Shown piece by piece: positions 21,082 to 29,491 of a stretch of DNA of 64,000 bases. Within the stretch, counting starts at the first letter, position 1. Every line of letters begins with the position of its first letter. Origin of the DNA: Opitutia bacterium (GTDB lineage: Bacteria; Verrucomicrobiota; Verrucomicrobiia; Opitutales; Opitutaceae); NCBI GenBank assembly GCA_947478395.1, contig CANJVR010000002.1:128001-192000 (forward strand), given 5' to 3'. The notes beneath the pieces are model-generated. The model had not been told where the DNA came from, did no database searches, and saw only the letters and a program-made list of their open reading frames with translations. The position numbers were made by a program, and so were the translations under genes.

Positions 21082-21773
21082 TGAAAATTTCCCTGCTCAG
21101 CGAATCGCCGGCGGATGAAATCGCGCTACGGGTTTTGGTGGGAGGCGTGCTCGGTGGCGCGCCGGTATTTGTTCAGCCCGGACTGCGGGCCCGCGGCTGG
21201 CCTAACGTCGCTCAACTCCTCCCTGCCGTCATTCGCCATCTGCATTTCAACACCGGCGCTCATGTGTTGGTTGTCGTGGTGGATGCGGACGATTCCGCGA
21301 TCCACACGGCCGAACACGACCGTCCGGACTATTTCCATCCCCGATGTCGCATGTGTCAGCTGCGCGCCATTTTTCGCCAGACCGAAAAGAATCTGCCGGC
21401 CGCGCACGGTCGCTCGCATCTGTTACGTGGAGTGGGTATCGCGGTGCCGGCGATCGAGGCTTGGTATCTGTGTGGCGCCGATGCTTCGGTGACCGAGTTT
21501 GCCTGGCTGGATGGGCAGTCGCTCGGCGTTGTGCCCTATACGCGGGCGGATTTGAAGATGCGTACCTATGGGACCGACCGACCCAATTTGCCGCACGAGA
21601 TAAAATGCGCGCTCCAGGCGGTGGCCCGGCACCGCCACGACACCCGCCGGCTCGAAAATGATTTTCCCAACTTCGCTGCGCTCGCCCGCGATTTGCGCAC
21701 GGCTCAAGCCGAAGTGGCACCCGCTCCGTTCGATCAACCGAATGGATCTGAGCGGACGTCTAGGCCGGCTTAA
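21078..21773 (+). CDS. Hypothetical TOPRIM-like protein (DUF4276/RloB-like), partner of the ATPase
   Basis: ATGA overlap with the ATPase stop; N-terminal LLSESPAD, VVVVDADD acidic motif, AVPAIEAWYL, CRMC. Confidence 0.65.
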   Translation: MMKISLLSESPADEIALRVLVGGVLGGAPVFVQPGLRARGWPNVAQLLPAVIRHLHFNTGAHVLVVVVDADDSAIHTAEHDRPDYFHPRCRMCQLRAIFRQTEKNLPAAHGRSHLLRGVGIAVPAIEAWYLCGADASVTEFAWLDGQSLGVVPYTRADLKMRTYGTDRPNLPHEIKCALQAVARHRHDTRRLENDFPNFAALARDLRTAQAEVAPAPFDQPNGSERTSRPA

Positions 21774-21792
21774 TTTTTCCGTGCAGTTTTGG

Positions 21793-21862
21793 GTAGCGGC
21801 AGGCGTCCCTGCCTGCCGGGTTTGGCGTCTTCATTTCGGCAGGCAGGGACGCCCGCCGCTAC
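21793..21862. repeat. REP doublet (REPIN-like), family A, copy 2 (inverted relative to copy 1)
   Basis: GTAGCGGCAGGCGTCCCTGCCTGCCG ... CGGCAGGCAGGGACGCCCGCCGCTAC, 70 bp. Confidence 0.9.
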
Positions 21863-21947
21863 GTCGTTAGCACCGATGATTTCTAAATCCTGCTGATAAA
21901 TGTCTTTGAACCCCGCCCGCGGCCCGGACCATAAAAGCCCTGCGTTC

Positions 21948-24173
21948 ATGTCCAACCCCTTCCGTTCCCGGCGCACTTATCTCCCGTACTCGCTGGAAAT
22001 CGTCGCGCGCGCGATCGCGCGCTTGCTGTACCGCGTCAAGGTGCTGGGCCTTGAACACGTTCCCGCGAACGGCGGAGCTCTGATCATTGCGAATCATCTT
22101 TCCTATGTGGACGTCGTTGTGCTGCAGCTGGCCTGTCCGCGGCCGCTGCGCTACCTCGGATTCAAGGGCCTGCGCGCGAATTGGTTCTTCAATTTGGTCT
22201 TTCGCTGGTGCGGGGTGATTGGAGTTTCCGCGCGTAACCCGACCGAGGGCGTGCGCCTCACGGTAAAAGCGCTGCAGGCCGGAGAACTGGTCTGCGTGTT
22301 TCCCGAGGGAAATATTTCGCGCACGGGCCAGTTGATGGCGTTGAAGAAAGGCTTCGAGATCATGGCGCGCCGAGCCGGGGTGCCGGTCGTGCCCGCCGCG
22401 GTCGATGGTCTATGGGGTTCGCTGTTTTCCTTTGCGGGTAACAGGTACATCTGGAAATCGCCCCGCGTGATGCCGACGCCGTGCTGCGTGGCGTTTGGTG
22501 AACCGATTCCACCCGAGCGTGCCGACGTGGCCGCGGCCCGCCGTGCGCTCATGAGCCTCGGCGCCGACGCCTTTGACCAGCGTCCCGTGCTCCGCCGGCA
22601 TTTGGGGCGCGAAGTGTTGCGCGGGTTGGCGCGGCGACCGCGTCACGTCGAAGTGGTGGACCGCACCGGCGAGCGCCGGTCCGTGACGGCAGCTCAACTG
22701 GCGGCGACGACCGCGGTGCTGGCCCGCCGCTGGCGGCGGACAATCGCGGAAAAACGGGTGGGTATCGTGCTGCCGCCCGGGGCGGGTGGGTTCATCGCCA
22801 ACCTCGCCGTGGTGTGCGCCGGCAAGGTGCCCGTTAATTTGAATTTCACGGCGGGTTGTGACGCGGTTGAAGCTAGCATCAGGCAGGCTGGCATTCGAAC
22901 GGTGATCTCGGCCGACGCGATGCGGGCCAAGCTCCCGAATTTCCCGTGGCCCGCGGCGGTGATCGACCTGAAAACCGAAATTACCGCGGCGGGTGGCAAG
23001 CGCGCCATTTTGCCTTGGTTGCTGGCGGTTTGGATTTTGCCGAATCAGATTTTCGCGAACTTGGTGGGCACGCCGAAAGAGGGCGATCGCGAGGAAGCCG
23101 CGCTGCTTTTCACGAGCGGTAGCTCGGGCGAACCGAAAGGGGTGGTTCTCACGCACCGCAATCTCCTCGCGAATTGCGCGCAAATTTCGTCGCTCTCGAT
23201 TCTGCCCAAAAATGCGACGCTGCTCGGCTGCCTGCCGTTGTTTCACTCCTTTGGTTTTACCGTGACGCTTTGGTACCCGCTGCTCTGCGGCTGCCGGCTC
23301 GTATCGGTACCGAGTCCGTTGGAAACCCGGAAAATTATCGACGCGATCCGCGACGAGGAAGTCACGGTGTTGCTCGGCGCGCCGACCTTCGTGCGGCCGA
23401 TTTTGAAAAAAGCCCGGCGGGGCGAGCTCCGAAATCTTAAGTTGGTGGTGACTGGGGCCGAGAAATTGCCGGACGACTTGCACCGCGGGTTTCTCGAAAC
23501 GTTTCACCTCGATATGCTGCAGGGCTACGGCCTGACGGAAACGACGCCGGTGAGCGCGTTAAACCAGCCGCATCCGCCGGTGACGACCGGCACGGCCGAG
23601 GCGCAGATCGGCCGGAAACCCGGAGCGGTGGGAAGATTGTTGCCGGGCATGACGGCACGCATCGTAGATCCGGATTCCGGCGTGGAGCTGGATCTGAGCG
23701 CGACGGGTATGTTGTGTTTGCGCGGGGCCAACGTGTTTCCCGGTTACCTGAATGACGAAAAAAAGACGATGGCCGCATTTCGCGACGGTTGGTTTGTGAC
23801 CGGTGATCTGGCGCGTTTCGATCTCGATGGATTTCTCTACATCGAGGGCCGGCTGTCGCGGTTTTCAAAAATCGGGGGCGAGATGGTGCCGCACGGCACG
23901 GTGGAGCAAAAAATCGCGGAAGTCTTCGCCGCGGATCAAAGCGACGGTTACACGCTCGTGGTGATGGGGGTGCCGGATGCGGCGAAAGGCGAAGCGCTGG
24001 TTCTGCTCTCAACGCTCGACCTTAAAGTTTCGGAGGTCAGGGACCGCTTGTTGGCGGTAGGCGTGGTCGCCTTGTGGATTCCGAAAACCATCCAACGCGT
24101 CGAAAAAATTCCGGTGTTGGGCACGGGGAAACTGGATTTGAACCAGTGCAAGCGGCTCGTTCTGCCGGCGTAG
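21948..24173 (+). CDS. aas: Bifunctional lysophospholipid acyltransferase / acyl-ACP synthetase (Aas-like)
   Basis: PlsC motifs NHLSYVD and FPEG, then AMP-binding FTSGSSGEPKGV, GYGLTE, TGD, RFSKIGGEMV, GTGKLD. Confidence 0.88.
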   Translation: MSNPFRSRRTYLPYSLEIVARAIARLLYRVKVLGLEHVPANGGALIIANHLSYVDVVVLQLACPRPLRYLGFKGLRANWFFNLVFRWCGVIGVSARNPTEGVRLTVKALQAGELVCVFPEGNISRTGQLMALKKGFEIMARRAGVPVVPAAVDGLWGSLFSFAGNRYIWKSPRVMPTPCCVAFGEPIPPERADVAAARRALMSLGADAFDQRPVLRRHLGREVLRGLARRPRHVEVVDRTGERRSVTAAQLAATTAVLARRWRRTIAEKRVGIVLPPGAGGFIANLAVVCAGKVPVNLNFTAGCDAVEASIRQAGIRTVISADAMRAKLPNFPWPAAVIDLKTEITAAGGKRAILPWLLAVWILPNQIFANLVGTPKEGDREEAALLFTSGSSGEPKGVVLTHRNLLANCAQISSLSILPKNATLLGCLPLFHSFGFTVTLWYPLLCGCRLVSVPSPLETRKIIDAIRDEEVTVLLGAPTFVRPILKKARRGELRNLKLVVTGAEKLPDDLHRGFLETFHLDMLQGYGLTETTPVSALNQPHPPVTTGTAEAQIGRKPGAVGRLLPGMTARIVDPDSGVELDLSATGMLCLRGANVFPGYLNDEKKTMAAFRDGWFVTGDLARFDLDGFLYIEGRLSRFSKIGGEMVPHGTVEQKIAEVFAADQSDGYTLVVMGVPDAAKGEALVLLSTLDLKVSEVRDRLLAVGVVALWIPKTIQRVEKIPVLGTGKLDLNQCKRLVLPA

Positions 24174-24208
24174 CGCGAGCCTTCGCGATAAAACCAAATA
24201 CCGGCAGG

Positions 24209-24420
24209 GAACCGCTAATCGGATTTTCCCGATGGGGAAAATCTTGGATCGGCGGCTCCGGCTGATCGCCTGCGCAGGGAAGGTTTGGTGTCCGCTCATC
24301 ACGGACGATTTCTCCAAGCCGAAATCGACTGGGATCACCAGTCCCAGCCATAGGGACCGGAGGCGATCAGCCGAAGCGGCGGTCGTAGATTCGCCCGTTG
24401 GCGAATCCTATTAGCGGTTC
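24209..24420. mobile_element. MITE-like or structured element with ~60-bp imperfect terminal inverted repeats
   Basis: Left GAACCGCTAATCGGATT...CGGCTGATCGCCT pairs with right AGGCGATCAGCCG...AATCCTATTAGCGGTTC; lies between convergent aas and rpe. Confidence 0.6.
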
Positions 24421-24556
24421 ATCCCTCCTGTTCTTTCAGGCGTGGATCGCGTCAGGATCGATCCGCGCTGGGTCGTCGGAGATTAGGTGCCCGTCGTGAT
24501 GCGTTCCCACGGGCAGGGCGATCAAGGCAGGCCGGCGCGCGAAGACGGTGCGGCCC

Positions 24557-25213
24557 CTACATCGCCGCGATCGTGGCGGCGAACGCGGCCTTGTCGGTGG
24601 CTTTGAAGAACGAGGTGCCGGCGACGAACGTGTCGGCGCCTTGCGCGTGACACTCCTGCGCGGTGTCCAGATCGATGCCTCCATCGACTTCGAGGCGAAA
24701 CTTTAGGCCGCGCTCGCGGCGCCACGTTGAGATCTCCGTGAGTTTCGGCAGCATATCGCGGCGAAAAGCCTGACCGCCGAACCCCGGCTGGACCGTCATC
24801 ACGAGCACGAGGTCGACCAGATCGAGCAGGGGGGCAATGGCGCGCGCCGGCGTGCCGGGATTGAGGACGATGCCGCACTGACAGCCGAGGCTGCGAATCC
24901 GCGCGAGCGTGGCGGCGTGGTCGTAGTCCGGCTCAATATGGATGCTGATGTTATTCGCGCCGGCCCGAGCGAACGGCTCGATGTAGTCCTGCGGCCGCGA
25001 AAGCATGAGGTGCGTGTCGAAAAACAATTTCGATCCCGCCCGGCGCAACGCGGCGAGCGTCTCCGGCCCGAAGGAGAGATTCGGCACGAAATGCCCGTCC
25101 ATGATGTCGCAATGCAGCCAGGGCAGTCCGAGGTCTTCCACCACGCTTACGCTGGTCGCGAGATGCGCGTGATCGCCGGCCAAGAGTGAAGGGGAGATGA
25201 GGGGCGAATGCAT
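24557..25213 (-). CDS. rpe: Ribulose-phosphate 3-epimerase
   Basis: ISPSLL, HCDIMDGHFVPNLSFG, DTHLM, VMTVQPGFGGQ, EVDGGI. Confidence 0.97.
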   Translation of the reverse strand: MHSPLISPSLLAGDHAHLATSVSVVEDLGLPWLHCDIMDGHFVPNLSFGPETLAALRRAGSKLFFDTHLMLSRPQDYIEPFARAGANNISIHIEPDYDHAATLARIRSLGCQCGIVLNPGTPARAIAPLLDLVDLVLVMTVQPGFGGQAFRRDMLPKLTEISTWRRERGLKFRLEVDGGIDLDTAQECHAQGADTFVAGTSFFKATDKAAFAATIAAM

Positions 25214-25279
25214 GGACGACGGGGATGGGATTCCGCGCGGTTCTGAGAATTACAAACTAAAAGAGCCGAGCCTCAATCT

Positions 25280-25798
25280 TCACCACACGTCCAAAACGGT
25301 GTGCGTGAGTTTGTCGGCGAGGGCTTGGGCGAGCAGCGGCATCGCCTGATACTCCGCCTGGATCTGGCCGCCGTCGCTGAAGATGTCGCGCTGAACTTCC
25401 ACGAGGCGATCGGTGAAGAGCGCCCGGCCCGAACCGTCGGTTAACGTAGCTTTGGCGCCCAGCGTGAGGGTGAATTTGCGCGCAAGGCCTGAATCGCCCG
25501 CCCGCTGGGTCGCGACGTCGCGGTGATAGACGGTCAACGCGACGATCAACGTCGCGCTGGTGGCGTCGGCGGAATTCACGAGCGAAACCCGGCTGTCGCG
25601 ATTAAAGGCCGTCCGCAGCTGGGTGCTTAGGAGTTCCTGCGCTTGGGGCACGAGCAGTTTCGTGCCGACAGGCTGAACGTACAGCGTCGTGAACGGTAGC
25701 TTTCCGCCCGTCCCGAGTTGGTAGTGGGCACAGCCCGCGAGCAAGAGGCCCAGCAGGGACAGCAGTCCCAAAACGGAATATCGAACCGCAGATTTCAT
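25280..25798 (-). CDS. lptE: LPS assembly lipoprotein LptE-like
   Basis: Lipobox LLAGC followed by AHYQLG; size and position after bamD; start taken at ATG 25798. Confidence 0.75.
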   Translation of the reverse strand: MKSAVRYSVLGLLSLLGLLLAGCAHYQLGTGGKLPFTTLYVQPVGTKLLVPQAQELLSTQLRTAFNRDSRVSLVNSADATSATLIVALTVYHRDVATQRAGDSGLARKFTLTLGAKATLTDGSGRALFTDRLVEVQRDIFSDGGQIQAEYQAMPLLAQALADKLTHTVLDVW

Positions 25799-25871
25799 GG
25801 ATTTGACGGATGAATTTTGTCCGTAGTCCAAAAATTCCGGCGGGGCCTACTCAACCTACGAGCGCCTCGGC

Positions 25872-26921
25872 TCAGAATAACCCAAGAAATTTTTTCCGGT
25901 CTTCGGGGGCGACTGTCTTGCCGGCGGCTTTGGCTTCCACGTCGTTCAGGCGCAGACGGGCGCGCTTAGCGACGTCCGAGTCCGGGTAGGCGGTGATCGC
26001 CTCGTTATAAAATACCTTGGCGGCTTTGAAATTATCGCGGCGGTAGAAATAAAAGTCGCCGATTTTGAACTTACTTTCGGCGAGCACGATCTTCATGTTG
26101 TCGAGGCCCTTTGCCGCGGCCGCGATGTTCGCGTCGCTTGGAAATAGGATCATGAAATCCTCGAAATAGGTGACCGCCTCTTTGGTCGAAGCTTGGTCGT
26201 AGTACGGACCCTCGACCAAGCTCGCGTGGGCTTGCGCCAGCTTCAGGTAGGCATCCGGGGCGAGCAGACTCTGCGGGTAATTGTTGATCATGCGATCAAG
26301 AGCGTCGATCGCCTCGGGAATGTCGTGGAGCCGCGCGTGTCCGCGGGCAATGTTCATCAGCGCGAGAGGAGCGTAGTCGCTGTAGGGGGCCGTGAGGAGG
26401 ACGATCTCAAAAAACTCGATCGCTTTCTCGCGATTGCGAAATCCGGGCAGCCAGCCCCAGGTGCGATTGCGAGCGCCATCGAGCAGCGCGCCGGCGATGC
26501 GGTACTGTTCGCCGACAATTTCATTGAAGCGCTTGGTGTTGGGGTAGCGCAGGGTGACGGTCTGATAAGACTCGAACGCCTTGACGTATTGCTTGCGCGT
26601 CAGCTGCAACTTGGCCGCGCGAAAGAGGGCTTCGGGCGCGTAGACGGAATTCGGATAACGCTTGGCTACTTTCTCGTAGCTACTGATCGCCGATCCAGTC
26701 GAACCGCTTTCTTCGGCGGTTCGGGCCTTGTTCATCAGATCGATGGCATTGCGTCCGTCCGTACCGACGAGACCGGAGACCGCGCCTCCTTCGAGGCGCC
26801 AGCCCGTTTGGGCGTTCCACATGAGATCGGCGGCGAGGCGGGCCGGCAGGAAGAGGGATGAAATCGCAAGTACCAGCCCGAGAACAGGGACACGGATGCG
26901 ACGGAGCAAGAGGTTCGGCAT
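25872..26921 (-). CDS. bamD: Outer membrane protein assembly factor BamD-like TPR protein
   Basis: TPR repeats with YPxS motifs, PYYDQASTKEA...F...FP, IGDFYF..R...AAKVFYNEAITAYPDS. Confidence 0.8.
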   Translation of the reverse strand: MPNLLLRRIRVPVLGLVLAISSLFLPARLAADLMWNAQTGWRLEGGAVSGLVGTDGRNAIDLMNKARTAEESGSTGSAISSYEKVAKRYPNSVYAPEALFRAAKLQLTRKQYVKAFESYQTVTLRYPNTKRFNEIVGEQYRIAGALLDGARNRTWGWLPGFRNREKAIEFFEIVLLTAPYSDYAPLALMNIARGHARLHDIPEAIDALDRMINNYPQSLLAPDAYLKLAQAHASLVEGPYYDQASTKEAVTYFEDFMILFPSDANIAAAAKGLDNMKIVLAESKFKIGDFYFYRRDNFKAAKVFYNEAITAYPDSDVAKRARLRLNDVEAKAAGKTVAPEDRKKFLGLF

Positions 26922-26932
26922 GACGGCGTAAA

Positions 26933-27925
26933 TCACCAGCGAATCAGGGCACTCCCGTAGGTCAAGCCCGCCCCAAACGCGACGAGCAGAGTGATGTCAC
27001 CGGCGCGAATTCGGCCGCTGCGCCGCGCTTCATCGAGCGCGATTGGGATCGAAGCGGCGGAAGTATTTCCATAGCGGTCGACGTTCACAAAGAAACGATC
27101 CATGGGGAGCTCAAGATATTGGGCGATAGCCTCGATGATGCGGAGATTGGCCTGATGGGGAATCACGAGCCCAATCTGAGTCGCCGTCAGGCCGTGTTGT
27201 TCCAAAATATCCCGCGCCGATTCCTCCATGGCGCGCACGGCCATTTTGAAGACTTCTTTGCCCTTCATCTTAATAAAATGATCACCGGCGCTCACCGACG
27301 TCCCTGAAGCCGGCTTGCTGCTGCCGCCCGCGGGAATGTAGAGAAGATCCACGCTCTCGCCATACGCGCCGAGCTTTGTACCAATGAGGCCAACGCCGGG
27401 TTGATCGCTCAGGCCGACAACCACCGCGCCCGCGCCGTCACCGAAGAGCACGCAGGTCGTGCGGTCCTGCCAGTCGACGATGGACGAAAGTTTCTCCACG
27501 CCGATCACGAGGGCTTTCCGGTAGCGGCCGGAGGACAACATCGCGCACGCCGTGTCGAAGGCGTAGATAAATCCTGAACACGCGGCGTTGAGATCGAAGC
27601 AGGCCGTCGCTGTGGGCAGACCGAGCTTGTGCTGGATGATGCACGCGGCTGCCGGCATGGGCAGATCGGGCGTGATCGTAGCGACGATCAATAAGTCGAT
27701 GTCTGCCGCGGTGAGTTTGGCATCCTCCAAGGCATTTTTGGCGGCGATGACCGCCATGTCTGAGGTCATCTCGCCTGGTGCGGCGATCCGGCGTTCGCGA
27801 ATTCCGCTACGCGTGTGAATCCACTCGTCGGAGCTGTCGATGGTTTGGGCCAGCTCGGCATTGGAGAGGACGCGGGCGGGCGCGTAAGAACCGGTGCCGA
27901 GGATGACGGTGGAGCGTTGGGACAT
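26933..27925 (-). CDS. fabH: 3-oxoacyl-ACP synthase III
   Basis: [43 protein letters not shown]. Confidence 0.97.
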   Translation of the reverse strand: MSQRSTVILGTGSYAPARVLSNAELAQTIDSSDEWIHTRSGIRERRIAAPGEMTSDMAVIAAKNALEDAKLTAADIDLLIVATITPDLPMPAAACIIQHKLGLPTATACFDLNAACSGFIYAFDTACAMLSSGRYRKALVIGVEKLSSIVDWQDRTTCVLFGDGAGAVVVGLSDQPGVGLIGTKLGAYGESVDLLYIPAGGSSKPASGTSVSAGDHFIKMKGKEVFKMAVRAMEESARDILEQHGLTATQIGLVIPHQANLRIIEAIAQYLELPMDRFFVNVDRYGNTSAASIPIALDEARRSGRIRAGDITLLVAFGAGLTYGSALIRW

Positions 27926-27973
27926 GCGGAGACGCGAAAAGAGGGAGGACGGGGCGGCGGAAGAGCGTCGCAC

Positions 27974-29044
27974 CTAGGCGAGAGCCGCCGGCAGGATGGG
28001 CGGTGGCCCGTTGAGCAGATCGTTGGCGCGAGTGATATCGGCCTCGATGCGGTGATTCATGTCGGCTTTGATAATCTGGCTGGCCGCGAGAATGGCGCTT
28101 TTGATCGCACGGCGGGAGGAGGACCCGTGGGCTTTGAGAATGTTACCTTTCAAACCGAGGAGCGGCGCACCGCCGTAGCGCTCGGGATTGATGCGATCTT
28201 TCAAGGCGTCGAACGCACCCTTTGAGAGGATCGCACCGGCCGCTCGGACGGGGTTAGATTGGAGCTCCTCGCGCAGCGTGCCGGAGAAAAATTTCGCGAG
28301 CGACTCCCAGCTCTTCAGCATGATGTTCCCGACGAAGCCATCGCACACGACGACGTCGACGTGCTCCTCGAACACTTGGAAACCCTCGATGGGGCCAGAA
28401 TAATTGATGATGTCGCCGATCCGGCGCAGCTGTTCGTTGGTCTCGGTGATGAGGGCGTTTCCTTTTCCCTCTTCGGTACCTATAGTCATCAGGCCCACGC
28501 GAGGCGACTCCACGCCCAGCATGACGCGGCAATAGTGGCTGCCGAGAATGGCGTTGTGTACGAGGTGTTCGGGCCGGGATTCCGGATTTGCCCCGGCATC
28601 GATGAGGATGAAATGGCCGCCTTCGCGGGGCACGACCGCGGCGAGGGCGGGGCGGGCGACGCCCTCCATGGTCCGGAGACGCAGTGTACCCGCGGCCATG
28701 AGCGCACCGGTATTACCGCAGCTGACGACGACGCTGGCCTCGCCGTTTTTGACGAGCTCGATGGCGCGGGCCATCGAAGAGTCCTTCTTTTTTTTCAACG
28801 CCATCAGCGGCTTGTCGTCCATGGTGACGACCTCCGAGGCGTGATGGACGGAGAGGCGCGGGTTTAGCTTTAGGCCGGCGTGCGCGATCAAGGGATCCAG
28901 CACGGTCTGGTCACCGACCAAAGTGATCGGATCCAGATGGGGATGCCGTTGAAGCGCCAGTTTGACCGCGGCGACCACTTCGGCCGGGCCGAGGTCGCCC
29001 CCCATGGCGTCAACTGCAATGCGTCCGGTGGGGCCGGCAGACAT
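27974..29044 (-). CDS. plsX: Phosphate acyltransferase PlsX
   Basis: IAVDAMGGD, GNTGALM, DAGAN, IGTEEGKG, DGFVGN, GGAPLLG, KAHGSS. Confidence 0.97.
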   Translation of the reverse strand: MSAGPTGRIAVDAMGGDLGPAEVVAAVKLALQRHPHLDPITLVGDQTVLDPLIAHAGLKLNPRLSVHHASEVVTMDDKPLMALKKKKDSSMARAIELVKNGEASVVVSCGNTGALMAAGTLRLRTMEGVARPALAAVVPREGGHFILIDAGANPESRPEHLVHNAILGSHYCRVMLGVESPRVGLMTIGTEEGKGNALITETNEQLRRIGDIINYSGPIEGFQVFEEHVDVVVCDGFVGNIMLKSWESLAKFFSGTLREELQSNPVRAAGAILSKGAFDALKDRINPERYGGAPLLGLKGNILKAHGSSSRRAIKSAILAASQIIKADMNHRIEADITRANDLLNGPPPILPAALA

Positions 29045-29088
29045 GATGCTCCGCGGTGGCGGGGCGGCGAGAATAGGAAACGCGAGGA

Positions 29089-29268
29089 TTAGACCTCGAC
29101 GTTGAGCACTTGGCGACCGCGATACAGGCCGGTCTTGGGATTGACGCGGTGGCGGCGGTAGAGCGAGCCATCGACGGGATCTTTGGCGAATTCAGGAGCG
29201 ATGAAAGCGTTAGCCGCGCGGCGATTGGCGCTGCGGCGTTTGGACTGCTTGCGTTTCGGATTGGCCAT
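29089..29268 (-). CDS. rpmF: 50S ribosomal protein L32 (cysteine-free type; not in the ORF track)
   Basis: Hand translation MANPKRKQSKRRSANRRAANAFIAPEFAKDPVDGSLYRRHRVNPKTGLYRGRQVLNVEV; canonical position upstream of plsX. Confidence 0.93.
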   Translation of the reverse strand: MANPKRKQSKRRSANRRAANAFIAPEFAKDPVDGSLYRRHRVNPKTGLYRGRQVLNVEV

Positions 29269-29491
29269 GGGAGTGGTGTATAAAGGTGCTCAAACGGGAC
29301 TGAAAAACGTCCGTCGGAGGGAGTGAAAGGGTCGGAGTTAAGGCGCCGGGTTTTACGCGTCAAGCGCTGTTATTGGCGAAAAGGGCGGGCAGGTTATCGC
29401 GAACCCGCCCGCGGCGACTCGGTCCACAGAACGGGCGGCGCAAAACCGACGCATTGAGGCTAACGCGCCCTGCTTTCTAGCCACAATGGCT

